A DNA stretch of 64,000 nt from Hyphomicrobiales bacterium (GCA_013911885.1 JACESI010000010.1:6781-70780); one strand, 5' to 3'; counted from the stretch's first letter, positions 34,427-44,589 are shown. The notes: a model not told the origin generated them from the letters alone. Program-made: numbers and translations.

Positions 34427-35959
34427 GTGAACGGACCTGATCTCAAGATACCTGATGATTACCGCAGCCGGGAAAGCGTGCATTACTTCGATGACGTCGC
34501 CTTTCTTGACGGCGATGTCATCCACCAGCCGGAAGTCTATGACGCCGCCGATTATTTGCTGAAAGCAGGTGGTCGCCGCACGATCATAGACATTGGTTGT
34601 GGCAATGGCCGGAAGCTGAAGAAGGTCGGGGCGGAGAGGCATATCGGTATCGATTTTGGTCCCAATATCGATTTTTGCCGCAAATATTATGGCACCTGGG
34701 GTGAATGGCACGAACAGGATCTGACGCAGCCGGACTGTGTTCAATGGGCCGAACTCGCCGATCACACCGCTCTCGTGGTTTGTGCCGACGTGGTCGAACA
34801 TCTTCTCGACCCGACACCGCTTCTTGCCTTGCTTGCTGCTTGCTATCAGCGTGGAGCACAGGTTCTGACGAGCACGCCTGACCGTGTGCGTGGCCGCGAT
34901 CACAAGGGGCCGCCGCCAAACCCTTCGCATATTCGCGAATGGGCGCTTGACGAATATACGGCGCTGCTTAAGGCCGTCGGATTGCCGAGCGTGTTCGCGG
35001 GCTACACGATCAACAATTCGCAAGCCCGCGAACCGAAGACGATTGTGACCCTTCATGACCGGATGATGGATGAGCTTACAAAAAACCGGACTGAGGCGAA
35101 ACCGAGCGCCCGCCCGCTTGCCATCCTTGCCGCCTATAACGAGGCCGATATTATCAGAGACACGATCACCGATTGGCTTGATCAGGGATGCGACGTTCAT
35201 TGTCTCGACAATTGGTCCACCGATAAGACCGGCGAGATCCTCGACAAACTTCACCGTGTTCACGGGGATCGTGTCACCGTCGAGCGCTTTCCGCCGGACG
35301 AAAGCGTTCCGCACGGGGAATGGAAGGCGATCCTTGCCCGAAAGGCGACGATTGCAGCCTCCCATCCGGGTCGCTGGATCATCCATAGCGATGCGGATGA
35401 ACTGCGCCGCGCACCTTTTCCCGGAATGACAATCGCACAAGCCCTCGACATCGCCCGCCAAAGCGGCGCCAATCGGGTGCATTTCAATCTCATCAATTTC
35501 CGTCCGACGGATGAACTGCCTTATCAGCCGGGGACACTCAAGCGCCACTTCTCTTTCTTCGAGTTTGGCACATTGCCTGGCCATTTCCTGCAGGCGAAAG
35601 CCTGGATTCAGGGGGAGGGGGCTGTCGATCTGGTCTCGAGCGGAGGGCATATCGCGAAGTTTCAGCACGCGAAGGACTTTGTCTATCGCTTCCTGCTCAA
35701 GCATTATCCGATCCGTTCTGCGGCGCACGGCCAGAAAAAGGTGCTCCATGAGCGGGTATCACGCTGGTCGCCTGAGGAGATGGCAAAGGGCTGGCACCGT
35801 CAATACGAGGTGCTTGCCGCTGATCCGTCTTTCATCTGGGATCCGGCGTTTCTTTTTGCCTATGATTCTGACTTTTGGGCCGACCATGGATTGGCCATTC
35901 TGACTGATCTTCCCGAGCGGCGGTCCCGGCAAGGACTAACTGTGGCCCGAGGCCGTTAA
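34427..35959 (+). CDS. class I SAM methyltransferase fused to a GT2-like domain
   Basis: IIDIGCGNG, CADVVEHL, STPDR and NPSHIREW, then AAYNEADII, LDNWSTD, WIIHSDADE and LLKHYP. Confidence 0.82.
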   Translation: MNGPDLKIPDDYRSRESVHYFDDVAFLDGDVIHQPEVYDAADYLLKAGGRRTIIDIGCGNGRKLKKVGAERHIGIDFGPNIDFCRKYYGTWGEWHEQDLTQPDCVQWAELADHTALVVCADVVEHLLDPTPLLALLAACYQRGAQVLTSTPDRVRGRDHKGPPPNPSHIREWALDEYTALLKAVGLPSVFAGYTINNSQAREPKTIVTLHDRMMDELTKNRTEAKPSARPLAILAAYNEADIIRDTITDWLDQGCDVHCLDNWSTDKTGEILDKLHRVHGDRVTVERFPPDESVPHGEWKAILARKATIAASHPGRWIIHSDADELRRAPFPGMTIAQALDIARQSGANRVHFNLINFRPTDELPYQPGTLKRHFSFFEFGTLPGHFLQAKAWIQGEGAVDLVSSGGHIAKFQHAKDFVYRFLLKHYPIRSAAHGQKKVLHERVSRWSPEEMAKGWHRQYEVLAADPSFIWDPAFLFAYDSDFWADHGLAILTDLPERRSRQGLTVARGR

Positions 35960-35962
35960 TAT

Positions 35963-37297
35963 CTATGCATAGACGGCGATTGCCGAGAGAAGCCGGATAC
36001 CGCTCGTGCCGGAGAAGTTTTCGCGCATGCGCACAAGGTTCGAGTTTGAAATCGGCGAGAGTTCCGTTGTCGGAATGATCGTGACCCCGCTATCGCTTGC
36101 TGCTGTTGCGGCGTTGACGAAAGAGCCGCCGACGCCGGAAGGCGATATGCTTATGCTGGCGGTGGAGCTGTTCGCGATGAAGCCTTTGACCATGATGCCG
36201 GACTGGCGAAAACTCCCGCCGAACAGGGCAATCAGCATGGGCGAGATATCGAGGGTGACGCAACGTCCGGGTGTGATCGAGACTGGGTCTCCGATCTGAA
36301 TCATATGCCCTGCGAGCCAGCCGGTGAGCATCGACGCTGATCTGACGCGAAATTGTGTCGAACTGACATAGGTCGCAATCCATGCACTATGGCTCGCCGC
36401 GCTCAGCGTGGTGTTCCAGATGCGGGCGAGCGAAACGCCATTCATGATGGTATTGAAAAACGTCTCTGCGACCGGGGTCGTGAGCGTGACGAGATCACCG
36501 CTTATCGCGGCGATGGTTGCGGTGCGGGGGTTTTGCAGCGATGTGCTGTCCTGACGATAGATCGAGACCTGACCATCACCGCCCGGCGTGAAGATGACAC
36601 CGCTCAGGGGTGCGTAATTGGCGGGGATGCTTTTCAGTCCCTGAACGCTTACCTGACCTGTTTGGGAGTCGGTGATCAGCGCATCGCGAAAATTGCTGCC
36701 ATTGCTGGAGACCCTGACATGCCAATCGTCATCGCCGGTCAGGCCAAATTCGGCGCGGGTGGAAAAACCGGTCTGGAACTGCACGCTTGCCGTTCTCGTC
36801 GGCGCGGCCTTGTTGAGGTTGAGCCGAATGTCGCCGCTTCCTGTCGGTGTGACATCATCATGGCTCAACAGCACAGCGTCCGATTTGACCGCGAGCCGGT
36901 TCACGCTATCAGCCATCGTGTTGATGCCGAGTTGCGCCGTTTCGTCCGGCATGCCGCCGCTGATCGTCTGCCAAAGCGCGCCGTCATAGCGGATGAGATT
37001 GCCCGCCTGAAGGTCATAGGCGCGAAGGCCGTCGAAGGGTGTTTGAAACAGCCACGCGCCGTCGATGAAGGCTGCAACATCGCCGGCATGGCCCGAAAAA
37101 GCGCCGGTCGGGTTCTCGCCGACAATCACGCTCTCGCCCGCATCCGGGGCTGGCGGCGGGGCATCGACGGCGCGCGCAGCGATTTGCAGATTCAGCAGAA
37201 AGTCGAGTTGGCGCAAGGCCTCGTTGTGGGTCACGTGTTTCTGCGCCTGGGCAGGCATGATGAAGGGAAACTGGTGGCGGACGGTCGTGTCGGACAT
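35963..37297 (-). CDS. DUF2793-domain protein (GTA/phage tail-spike or fibre type)
   Basis: FPFIMPAQAQKHVTHNEALRQLD, PP..P..G..IVG..PTGAFSG...AAF.DGAW.F, LGINT.AD..NRLAVKS and FQTGFSTRAEFGL.G motifs; AGAGGAGG precedes ATG 37297; beta-rich C-terminal domain. Confidence 0.88.
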   Translation of the reverse strand: MSDTTVRHQFPFIMPAQAQKHVTHNEALRQLDFLLNLQIAARAVDAPPPAPDAGESVIVGENPTGAFSGHAGDVAAFIDGAWLFQTPFDGLRAYDLQAGNLIRYDGALWQTISGGMPDETAQLGINTMADSVNRLAVKSDAVLLSHDDVTPTGSGDIRLNLNKAAPTRTASVQFQTGFSTRAEFGLTGDDDWHVRVSSNGSNFRDALITDSQTGQVSVQGLKSIPANYAPLSGVIFTPGGDGQVSIYRQDSTSLQNPRTATIAAISGDLVTLTTPVAETFFNTIMNGVSLARIWNTTLSAASHSAWIATYVSSTQFRVRSASMLTGWLAGHMIQIGDPVSITPGRCVTLDISPMLIALFGGSFRQSGIMVKGFIANSSTASISISPSGVGGSFVNAATAASDSGVTIIPTTELSPISNSNLVRMRENFSGTSGIRLLSAIAVYA

Positions 37298-37356
37298 GGG
37301 GCCTCCTCTGGGATGATTGTCCCGGGAGTATGGAGGCTGAAGGATCCACCGGGGAT

Positions 37357-37381
37357 AAGGCGGCGCAATATCCGCCTTTTT
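37357..37381. terminator. hairpin between rmlD and the DUF2793 gene
   Basis: AAGGCGG-CGCAATAT-CCGCCTT followed by TTT on +; the U-tail is weak in the rml (minus) direction. Confidence 0.4.
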
Positions 37382-37403
37382 GATGCATGTCTGCAACCAT
37401 GCC

Positions 37404-38270
37404 TCAGGAACAGAGGTCGGCGTCTCTGAAATCCTGCGCGAAAGCGGTGTCAAAAGCGGTGCGGTCGAGGCGGGAATTTTGCGGTCGCGCGGCTCTGGTC
37501 GGGTAATCGGCGGTGGTGATCGCGATCACATTGGCATGGGGTCCGCCCTTTACAGCGCTCTCGGCGAATATCCGTCGGGCGAAACCGCACCAGGTCATTT
37601 CCTCGCGCCCGGCAAAGTGAAACACCTTGCCAAGGCCGGTGTCGCGACCGCTTTTCCAGTATTGTGCAATCAGGAGAAGCGCGTCGGCGATATCATGTGC
37701 TGCTGTCGGCGTTCCGATCTGGTCATCCACAACGCTGACAGTATCGCGCGTCTCTGCGAGGCGGATCATGGTCTTCTGGAAATTCTTCCCGTATGGGCTG
37801 TAGACCCAGGCAGTCCGCAGGATCAAATGATCCGGGTTTGCGGCGCGTACGGCCTCTTCCCCGGCAAGCTTGGTGCGGCCATAGACGCCGAGCGGATTGA
37901 CCGGGTCGCTCTCGACATAGGCGCGATCAAGGCTTCCGTCGAAGATATAGTCGGTTGAAACATGAATGATCCGCGCTCCTTTTTCGCGTGCTGCGGCGGC
38001 GAGGATTCCGGGTGCGGCACCGTTGACCGCCATGGCAAGGTCCGGCTCATCTTCTGCCTGATCGACAGCGGTATAGGCGGCGACGCTCAGGATGAGGTCC
38101 GGGCGGGCATTGCTGACTGCGGCGCGCACGCTTTCGGGATCGGCAAGATCAAGCGCGATCGCGGTGCCTTCGCGCGCTGCGAAAACGATGTCGAAAGCGG
38201 GATGCGCGCCGGCGCGGTCTGCAAGGCAGCGCGCGACCTGACCTTCTTTACCCGTTACCAGAATTCTCAC
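37404..38270 (-). CDS. rmlD: dTDP-4-dehydrorhamnose reductase
   Basis: [34 protein letters not shown] and DQIGTPT motifs; GTG overlaps the rmlB stop. Confidence 0.95.
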   Translation of the reverse strand: MRILVTGKEGQVARCLADRAGAHPAFDIVFAAREGTAIALDLADPESVRAAVSNARPDLILSVAAYTAVDQAEDEPDLAMAVNGAAPGILAAAAREKGARIIHVSTDYIFDGSLDRAYVESDPVNPLGVYGRTKLAGEEAVRAANPDHLILRTAWVYSPYGKNFQKTMIRLAETRDTVSVVDDQIGTPTAAHDIADALLLIAQYWKSGRDTGLGKVFHFAGREEMTWCGFARRIFAESAVKGGPHANVIAITTADYPTRAARPQNSRLDRTAFDTAFAQDFRDADLCS

Positions 38271-39340
38271 TGTGCGGCCTCGGGTTTTTCCAGTGTGCCA
38301 AGCCTTGCAAAGCCTGCTTTCTCGCGGATCGGTCCCCACCACCATGCATTGGCGAGATACCAGTCGATGGTTGAAGAAAGCCCGGTCTCGAATGTCTCCT
38401 GCGGCGTCCAACCGAGATCACGCCGGATCTTGGTTGCATCAATGGCATAGCGCCGGTCATGGCCGGGCCGGTCGGTCACGAAGGTAATCAGATCGCCATA
38501 GGGGGCAGCGTTTGCGCGCGGGCGCTTCGCATCCAAAAGGCGGCAGATGGCGCGCACGACATCGATGTTCTTCTGTTCGGCATTGCCGCCGATATTGTAG
38601 CTCTCGCTCAGGCGGCCGCGTGTTGCAACCAGTTCGAGAGCGGCGGCATGGTCCTCGACATGAAGCCAGTCGCGGACATTCTCGCCCTTGCCATAGACCG
38701 GCAGGGGCCTTTCCTCAAGCGCGTTCAGGATCACGAGGGGAATGAGTTTTTCCGGGAAGTGATAGGGGCCATAATTGTTCGAGCAGTTCGAAAGCACCAC
38801 GGGAAGGCCGTAGGTCTCATGCCAGGCGCGCACGAGATGGTCCGACGCGGCCTTGGAAGCCGAATAGGGCGAAGAGGGGGCATAGGGCGTCTCTTCGGTG
38901 AAAAGACCCGAATCGAACGGCAGATCGCCGAACACTTCATCCGTCGAGATATGATGAAAACGGAAGCCGTCGCGCTTTGCCCCGCTCAGGCTTTCATAAT
39001 AGCCCCGAACCGCGTTGAGGAGCTTGAACGTGCCGACGATATTCGTCTCGATGAAGGCGCCCGGGCCGTCGATCGAACGGTCGACATGGCTTTCGGCGGC
39101 AAGGTTCATGACGATGTCGATGGCGTGCTCCCGCAGCAGCGCCCCGATCCGCTCGCCATCGCCGATGTCGGCCAGTTCGAACGTGTAATTCGGCTGATTT
39201 TCGATCGCCCGCAGCGAGGCGAGATTGCCGGCATAGGTGAGCTTGTCGGCATTGACGACATGATAATGCGGGTTCGCTGCAAGTCTGCGGCAAACGGCCG
39301 AGCCGATGAAGCCGGCGCCGCCGGTGACGAGAAAGCGCAT
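38267..39340 (-). CDS. rmlB: dTDP-glucose 4,6-dehydratase
   Basis: [31 protein letters not shown] and DRPGHDRRY motifs. Confidence 0.97.
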   Translation of the reverse strand: MRFLVTGGAGFIGSAVCRRLAANPHYHVVNADKLTYAGNLASLRAIENQPNYTFELADIGDGERIGALLREHAIDIVMNLAAESHVDRSIDGPGAFIETNIVGTFKLLNAVRGYYESLSGAKRDGFRFHHISTDEVFGDLPFDSGLFTEETPYAPSSPYSASKAASDHLVRAWHETYGLPVVLSNCSNNYGPYHFPEKLIPLVILNALEERPLPVYGKGENVRDWLHVEDHAAALELVATRGRLSESYNIGGNAEQKNIDVVRAICRLLDAKRPRANAAPYGDLITFVTDRPGHDRRYAIDATKIRRDLGWTPQETFETGLSSTIDWYLANAWWWGPIREKAGFARLGTLEKPEAAQ

Positions 39341-39343
39341 GAT

Positions 39344-39910
39344 CTATCCCTTATCGGTGAAGCCCGTCTCGACCGCGGCGAGGAGAGGGGCGTTGCGATC
39401 CTTGTCGGAGAGGGTAATGGCCTCTCGCGCGACTGGCCATTCAATCCCGATTTCAGGATCATCATATCGCACCGACCGGTCGCAGTCGCGCGCATAAAAA
39501 GCGGAGACCTTGTAGAGAAATTCGGTATTTTCCTCAAGCGTTACAAAACCGTGGGCAAAACCCGCCGGAACCAGAACCTGGTTCCATTTTTCTGCGGACA
39601 CTTCGATCCCAACCCATTTCTTGAATGTCGGCGAGCTTTGGCGCAGATCAACGAGCACATCATAGACCCGTCCGCGCGTGACGCGCACGAGCTTTGCCTG
39701 CGCAAAGGGCGGCGTCTGGAAATGCAGGCCCCGGAGCACGCCTCTGGCTGAGGAAAACGAATGGTTGTCCTGAACGAATTCGGTGGTGATGCCGTTTTCC
39801 GCGAAGATCCTGGCGTTATAGGTTTCTGAGAAGAAACCGCGCTCATCGCCAAACTTGTCCGGCAGGATTTCGAAGGCACCTTCAAGCCCGAGTGGACGAA
39901 ATTCCGGCAT
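39344..39910 (-). CDS. rmlC: dTDP-4-dehydrorhamnose 3,5-epimerase
   Basis: DERGFF, QDNHS, LRGLHFQ, QAKLV and GFAHGF motifs. Confidence 0.96.
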   Translation of the reverse strand: MPEFRPLGLEGAFEILPDKFGDERGFFSETYNARIFAENGITTEFVQDNHSFSSARGVLRGLHFQTPPFAQAKLVRVTRGRVYDVLVDLRQSSPTFKKWVGIEVSAEKWNQVLVPAGFAHGFVTLEENTEFLYKVSAFYARDCDRSVRYDDPEIGIEWPVAREAITLSDKDRNAPLLAAVETGFTDKG

Positions 39911-40784
39911 GGGACAGCTCCTCAATACGCTTGATCAGATATTGGCCATAAGGAGATTTGGCAAGGGCGGTCGCCTGTTTTAACACATGATCGGCGCTGA
40001 CCCAGCCATTGCCGAAGGCGATTTCCTCAAGACAGGCAATCTTGATGCCCTGCCGATGTTCGATGGTACGAACGAAGGACGCGGCCTCATGCATGGAATC
40101 CACCGTTCCCGTATCGAGCCATGCATAGCCGCGCCCGAAGGTGGCAACACGCAGATCGCCACGCCTGAGATAAGCAAGATTGACATCCGTGATTTCAAGT
40201 TCACCGCGTCTCGACGGCCTGATCGACGCGGCAATGTCGAGAACATCGTTGTCATAGAAATAAAGCCCGGTCACCGCCCAGTTCGATTTCGGATTTTCCG
40301 GCTTTTCCTCGATCGTGAGCGCCTGACTGGTGGCAGGATCGAAGCTCACCACGCCGTAACGCTCCGGATCGGCGACGTGATAGGCGAAGACGGTGGCGCC
40401 GGACGTCTGGGCAATCGCTTCCTTGCAAAGCTCAGGAATGCCCGCGCCATAATAGATATTATCACCCAGAATGAGCGCGCAGCTCTCATCGCCGACAAAA
40501 TCGCGGCCGATGATGAAGGCTTCCGCCAATCCGTTCGGCTGGGGCTGCTCGGCATAAGAAAGCTGCATGCCATAGGCCGAACCGTCGCCGAGCAGGGCCT
40601 GGAACACCGGCAGATCGCGGGGCGTCGAGATGATCAGGATATCACGTATCCCCGCAAGCATGAGCACGCTCAGCGGATAATAGATCATCGGCTTGTCATA
40701 GACCGGCAGGATCTGCTTCGAGACCGCCGTCGTCAGCGGATGAAGCCGCGTACCGCTGCCACCGGCAAGAATGATGCCTTTCAT
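39882..40784 (-). CDS. rmlA: glucose-1-phosphate thymidylyltransferase
   Basis: [36 protein letters not shown] and WLDTGT motifs; AGGAGA precedes ATG 40784. Confidence 0.97.
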   Translation of the reverse strand: MKGIILAGGSGTRLHPLTTAVSKQILPVYDKPMIYYPLSVLMLAGIRDILIISTPRDLPVFQALLGDGSAYGMQLSYAEQPQPNGLAEAFIIGRDFVGDESCALILGDNIYYGAGIPELCKEAIAQTSGATVFAYHVADPERYGVVSFDPATSQALTIEEKPENPKSNWAVTGLYFYDNDVLDIAASIRPSRRGELEITDVNLAYLRRGDLRVATFGRGYAWLDTGTVDSMHEAASFVRTIEHRQGIKIACLEEIAFGNGWVSADHVLKQATALAKSPYGQYLIKRIEELSHAGISSTRA

Positions 40785-41049
40785 GGGGTCTCCTAACACG
40801 CTGCTATCTGCGCCGGCACAAAAGAGCACAAAGAGCGATGATTGCAAGACCGTGTGTGAATTTTGTCTATCGATGCAGTGGGCTTTTTGCCGGTGAGATC
40901 GATGTGGATCATGTCGGTCAAATCAAAGGTGAAACGATGGGCAATCGACAAACAGAATACGGCTGCTGATGGTTGGCAGACATGGCCTATCGTTTGCAAA
41001 AAGAACGAGAATTGGCTGGAGTCGAAGATGATGAAGAGCCAAATCCATC

Positions 41050-41411
41050 GTCGCAAAAGCAAGGACCTGCCGGACATTATCGCCGATGTGGAAGACTTTG
41101 CTGAACTCGGCCCTTTTCTCGATATGCCGATGCACACCTATTCGGCGGGCATGCGCGCGCGCCTTGCCTTCGGCATTGCAACCGCCTTCCACCATGACAT
41201 ATTGATCCTTGACGAATGGCTTGGTGCCGGGGACAAGGCCATGCAAGACAAAGCAGCAGAACGGATGCAAGGCTTTGTCAAAGGAGCTGCAATCACCGTA
41301 CTGGCGAGCCACTCGACGCATCTGCTAGAGCGCGCGTGCAGGCTTGGGCTGGTGCTGGAGCATGGCAAGCCCGAATTCTTGGGATCGATCAAGGAAGCGA
41401 TCTTCCATTAA
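41050..41411 (+). pseudogene. C-terminal remnant of a Wzt-type ABC ATPase
   Basis: DFAELGPFLDMPMHTYSAGMRARLAF, ILILDEWLGAGD and VLASHS are present; Walker A and the N-terminal half are absent. Left boundary approximate. Confidence 0.85.
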
Positions 41412-41412
41412 A

Positions 41413-41550
41413 CATAACGCGGTTGCAAACAGCTTCTTCACTCTGCACGAAGACGAATGCATCCTAAGAAGAACCTATCGCACCGCAGGTAACGTACTGC
41501 ATGACCCAAGATTTTTCGAACTGGATGTTGACCGGCACCTGGAGACCTCC
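41413..41550 (+). mobile_element. degenerate IS3-family transposase fragment, possibly with an IS end
   Basis: HNAVANSFFTLHEDECILRRTYRT resembles the IS3 OrfB segment DNAVAESFF.LLK.E.I.R.TY.T; TGGATGTTGACCGG...GGAGAC at 41522-41550 resembles an IS3-type terminus. Confidence 0.55.
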
Positions 41551-41950
41551 GGCTGGCGTTCGGGCATAGGCAATACGTTCCGGTATCTCATGATGGTCAA
41601 GCGTGACGCCATAGAAAAAGCGGAGGGCGCAGACTGTCTGGTTAAGAGCTTGCCATGAAATGCCCGATGACACCAGATGCACCTGAAAGGCCCGGACATC
41701 TTCCAGCCCGAGGCGGTCAGGCGATCGGCCGAAATACCACGAAAACTTCGTCACTGCATGAAGGTAGGAACGCTGTGTCGCAGGCGACAAATTGCGGATC
41801 GTCATGTCATCGATCATCCGCCGGCGCAGGGGGCTCATCTCGGTCATCGTCATCTCCTGTTTGACGGTTGGGAAACAACCCAATCCTTCAAAACAGCAGA
41901 GATATTGGCAAATCAGCCCCCATATGCCGCAGTAGCGGCTTCGTTCAATC
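41551..41950 (-). mobile_element. truncated tyrosine recombinase (N-terminal SAM-like domain only) of an IS91-associated integrase element, with probable element end
   Basis: MTEMSPLRRRMIDDMTIRNLSPATQRSYLHAV...VCALRFFYGVTL (ATG 41853/41847) breaks off after YARTP; upstream GATTGAAC plus a GCCGC-TACT-GCGGC hairpin at 41926-41950. Confidence 0.8.
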
Positions 41951-41993
41951 CCGAATCTCAAAAGCTGCGACACGCTCTAGTTGATTGGTTGCG

Positions 41994-42971
41994 CTACAGC
42001 TGGCGAATAGCGGCCTCGGGCGTCATGCCTCGGTAGATCGAAGCGCCAACGACGTCCCTTTTCTTACGCGCAACGGCAAATATCATGGTGGGCTTGATAG
42101 CACCCGTCTCGAGCATTGCATCGTTCATCGTGGCAATCGTATCGAACCATGCCATGTCGACACTACTCTCGGGGTCGAAGTTATGTCCGAAATCGCGCTC
42201 GATGAAGATATCCACGAACCCGCCAGTTCCAAGGAAACTTTCAAACGAGAACCGGTCACAGAGAAGCGGGAGAATGTCTTGAGCCCGGATGCCTTCAAAG
42301 CCAGATTTCGAACAGTCCCAATTTACATACGGGTCCACCAGCTTCGATGATTGGTGATTGTACTTATATTTCTCCGGCAGGATGGCCCAAAGCCGTTCAA
42401 GCGGCTCCAGTGTTTCAGGCCAGCGCATGTGGCCATTTCTGCCTATCATGTCTACGATTGGGAAAACGCCGTCTTCCTCAAGATTCCGGTCGATAAAGTC
42501 AAACATGCGCTCAAGCTCTACGATATGGTGGAGCGTGTGTTGCGCCATCACGCCAGAGAAAGGTTCATCGGGCTCCCACGCGTTCACATCCACGATCAGG
42601 AACTCGAAATAGTCGGAAAGCCCCTTCTCTGCCACCAATTTACGAGCCCGGTCCAGGCGCACCTCTGCCAGTTCCGTTGAGAGAAACTTAAAACCGGCGA
42701 ACCCTTTGCTCAGCATTTTCTCGGCTATGGCAACCTCAACCTGCCCGTCGCCGGAACCAATGCTTAGAATCCGACCACTGCCCTTTTCTGCAGCTGCAAT
42801 GAACGATCTGGCATAGACATCATAAAATGCCCTCTCGCCAAACACTTCCTGCACCTTTGGAACCAAATAGCGCTGCGTCCAGTACTGGAAGACTTTGGGT
42901 AGCCCCTTCATGGCGGCCTTGTTGGCATATTGGAGCTTCTGTTGCTCTACTCGCCGCTGATACTCGTCCAT
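41994..42971 (-). CDS. class I SAM-dependent methyltransferase
   Basis: ILSIGSGDG, QHTLHHIVELE, DMIGRNGHMRWPE and FEGIRAQDIL motifs; ATG 42971 lies just after the upstream stop. Confidence 0.8.
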   Translation of the reverse strand: MDEYQRRVEQQKLQYANKAAMKGLPKVFQYWTQRYLVPKVQEVFGERAFYDVYARSFIAAAEKGSGRILSIGSGDGQVEVAIAEKMLSKGFAGFKFLSTELAEVRLDRARKLVAEKGLSDYFEFLIVDVNAWEPDEPFSGVMAQHTLHHIVELERMFDFIDRNLEEDGVFPIVDMIGRNGHMRWPETLEPLERLWAILPEKYKYNHQSSKLVDPYVNWDCSKSGFEGIRAQDILPLLCDRFSFESFLGTGGFVDIFIERDFGHNFDPESSVDMAWFDTIATMNDAMLETGAIKPTMIFAVARKKRDVVGASIYRGMTPEAAIRQL

Positions 42972-42981
42972 TGTTATGAAC

Positions 42982-43782
42982 CTATGAAAGACGTCCCGCG
43001 AGGCCGGCGCGCCGAAGCCCGTCAACAAGATCGTCAAAATTGAGAACCAGCGCCCGGCTGTCCTTTATGATCTTCTTGATGCCGGTCTCCAGCGGACGGA
43101 TCGGAACGCCCAAGAAGTTCAAGGTTTCGGCCCTGTGCTCGTCTTTTTCGACAAGATTTTCATAAACTACTTTGATCGATCGGTGACCGCCGTATAGCTC
43201 AATCGATTGCTTTTCACGAGCCACGACCTCCCGGCAATATTCAATAGCGTGGTCAATATCCGCCTTGAAGGGTTGCATCTTGGGCCGCTGATCCTCTGAA
43301 TGAATCAGTGTCACCCCCGTTTGATTAAGGACCATCCAGTGCGAAATGTATTGATCGACCAAGTTGCGGCGCATCAGGTGTATAACCTTGATGTCCGTGT
43401 CGCCAACCAGAGCGTCAGTGTAAGCCCTGAAATCTGGGTTGAACGCTTCGTCGGTCTTAAACTTGAACCCCGAAATTTTACGATCCTGTGAATCAAACAA
43501 GATACTTTGTATGAACCGTTCCGGTCTCTCCATCATCTCCCGGCCAAGTTTCGCCTCGTACTCCGGGTCTGCCTTCCTCTTTCGATTGTACGACCCGAAA
43601 ATCATTCCTGGGCTCCCCGTCATCGTCAGTGATTCACCGTGAACCATAATGTCGGGATGGGACCGAAGCAGCGTCAAAAGAAACGTACTACCCGTCCGGG
43701 CCGCTGACGAGATGATAAATTTTGTGTCGCGCAAATAAATCACAGCAGATGCACTTTTTTCTCTCAGAAAGGAATTAGCCAA
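42982..43782 (-). CDS. sulfotransferase (Stf0/LpsS-like)
   Basis: PAPS-binding motifs ARTGSTFL..LL.SHP and IHLMRRNLVDQYIS; GFKF and YENL; TTG start uncertain. Confidence 0.8.
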   Translation of the reverse strand: MANSFLREKSASAVIYLRDTKFIISSAARTGSTFLLTLLRSHPDIMVHGESLTMTGSPGMIFGSYNRKRKADPEYEAKLGREMMERPERFIQSILFDSQDRKISGFKFKTDEAFNPDFRAYTDALVGDTDIKVIHLMRRNLVDQYISHWMVLNQTGVTLIHSEDQRPKMQPFKADIDHAIEYCREVVAREKQSIELYGGHRSIKVVYENLVEKDEHRAETLNFLGVPIRPLETGIKKIIKDSRALVLNFDDLVDGLRRAGLAGRLS

Positions 43783-43949
43783 GGCTATCTAATCGTCTTA
43801 CTCGATCATATTGAACTCAAAATGGACACACCCGACCGCGGCGATCCCACTACGGCAATTCGCCGTTGCATGAAACGCTATTAGCATTGGTCCGGTCCAT
43901 TGGCAATGTCGACGCGTAGCTATAAGGTGACTCCTGTAGCGAGGATCAA

Positions 43950-44267
43950 ATGAGACCAGAATATATAATCGTTGATGAGATCGGCCCCGGAGTCGTGGCC
44001 ATCGAGATAGTGCGTGGTGAATTTGGAGAACCCGTCGCTCGCGCGAGCTTTCAAAGCTATGAATGGCGTGAGATGAGGATCGATCCGCCCCATTGTGAGT
44101 TTGGTCCGCCAAATGTCGCATTCATGTACGCCTACAATCTTCATCGTGAGAATGCGGCGGATTTGACGCAGATTGTTGTTAAGATCGAAGACATAAGTCT
44201 ATGGAACAGCGAGTGGGGTGAATTGACCATCTCTCCGTTACCTACGTCAGGGTCCAAGTGCCAATAG
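43950..44267 (+). CDS. hypothetical protein (105 aa)
   Basis: GAGGA precedes ATG, TATAAG lies upstream, composition is protein-like; no family recognised. Confidence 0.5.
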   Translation: MRPEYIIVDEIGPGVVAIEIVRGEFGEPVARASFQSYEWREMRIDPPHCEFGPPNVAFMYAYNLHRENAADLTQIVVKIEDISLWNSEWGELTISPLPTSGSKCQ

Positions 44268-44400
44268 TGCTGTCTGCAATCCAAGCGCTAGAGCTGATCG
44301 CAGTCAACCAAAGCATGTTACCGACTGTGGTGGAGGTCGCGGTACGCACGCCGCCCGTAACAGAACCCGCGACGCGGATTGCCGCGCCACTGGCAGCAAC
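44242..44400 (-). pseudogene. C-terminal remnant of a probable phage tail-fibre-like protein
   Basis: Manual translation VAASGAAIRVAGSVTGGVRTATSTTVGNMLWLTAISSSAWIADSTIGTWTLT*; no start codon, cut at the IS5 fragment. Confidence 0.45.
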
Positions 44401-44589
44401 GACATTCAGGATAGGGATGGCGACCGGGCGTCATCGCCGAGACGAAAGAGAGCTTCCCCATGCTCGCTCATCTGTTCGCCGACGGCGGCTATGGAGGGGA
44501 CAAACTGGAAAACGCCATGCAGAACATGGATGGACCCACCATCGAGATCGTCAAGCGGCCCAATGGCGCAACGGGCTTCGTCGTCATCG
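44401..44589 (+). mobile_element. internal fragment of an IS5-family transposase with a 1-bp deletion
   Basis: DIQDRDG[frameshift]PGVIAETKESFPMLAHLFADGGYGGDKLE...TIEIVKRP...GFVVI, ending before the usual RRWVVER; no terminal repeats seen. Confidence 0.85.

Noticed and set aside
35963-44400. Intact prophage
   Set aside because: No capsid, portal, terminase, lysis or complete integrase genes; only one tail-spike-type gene and fragments.
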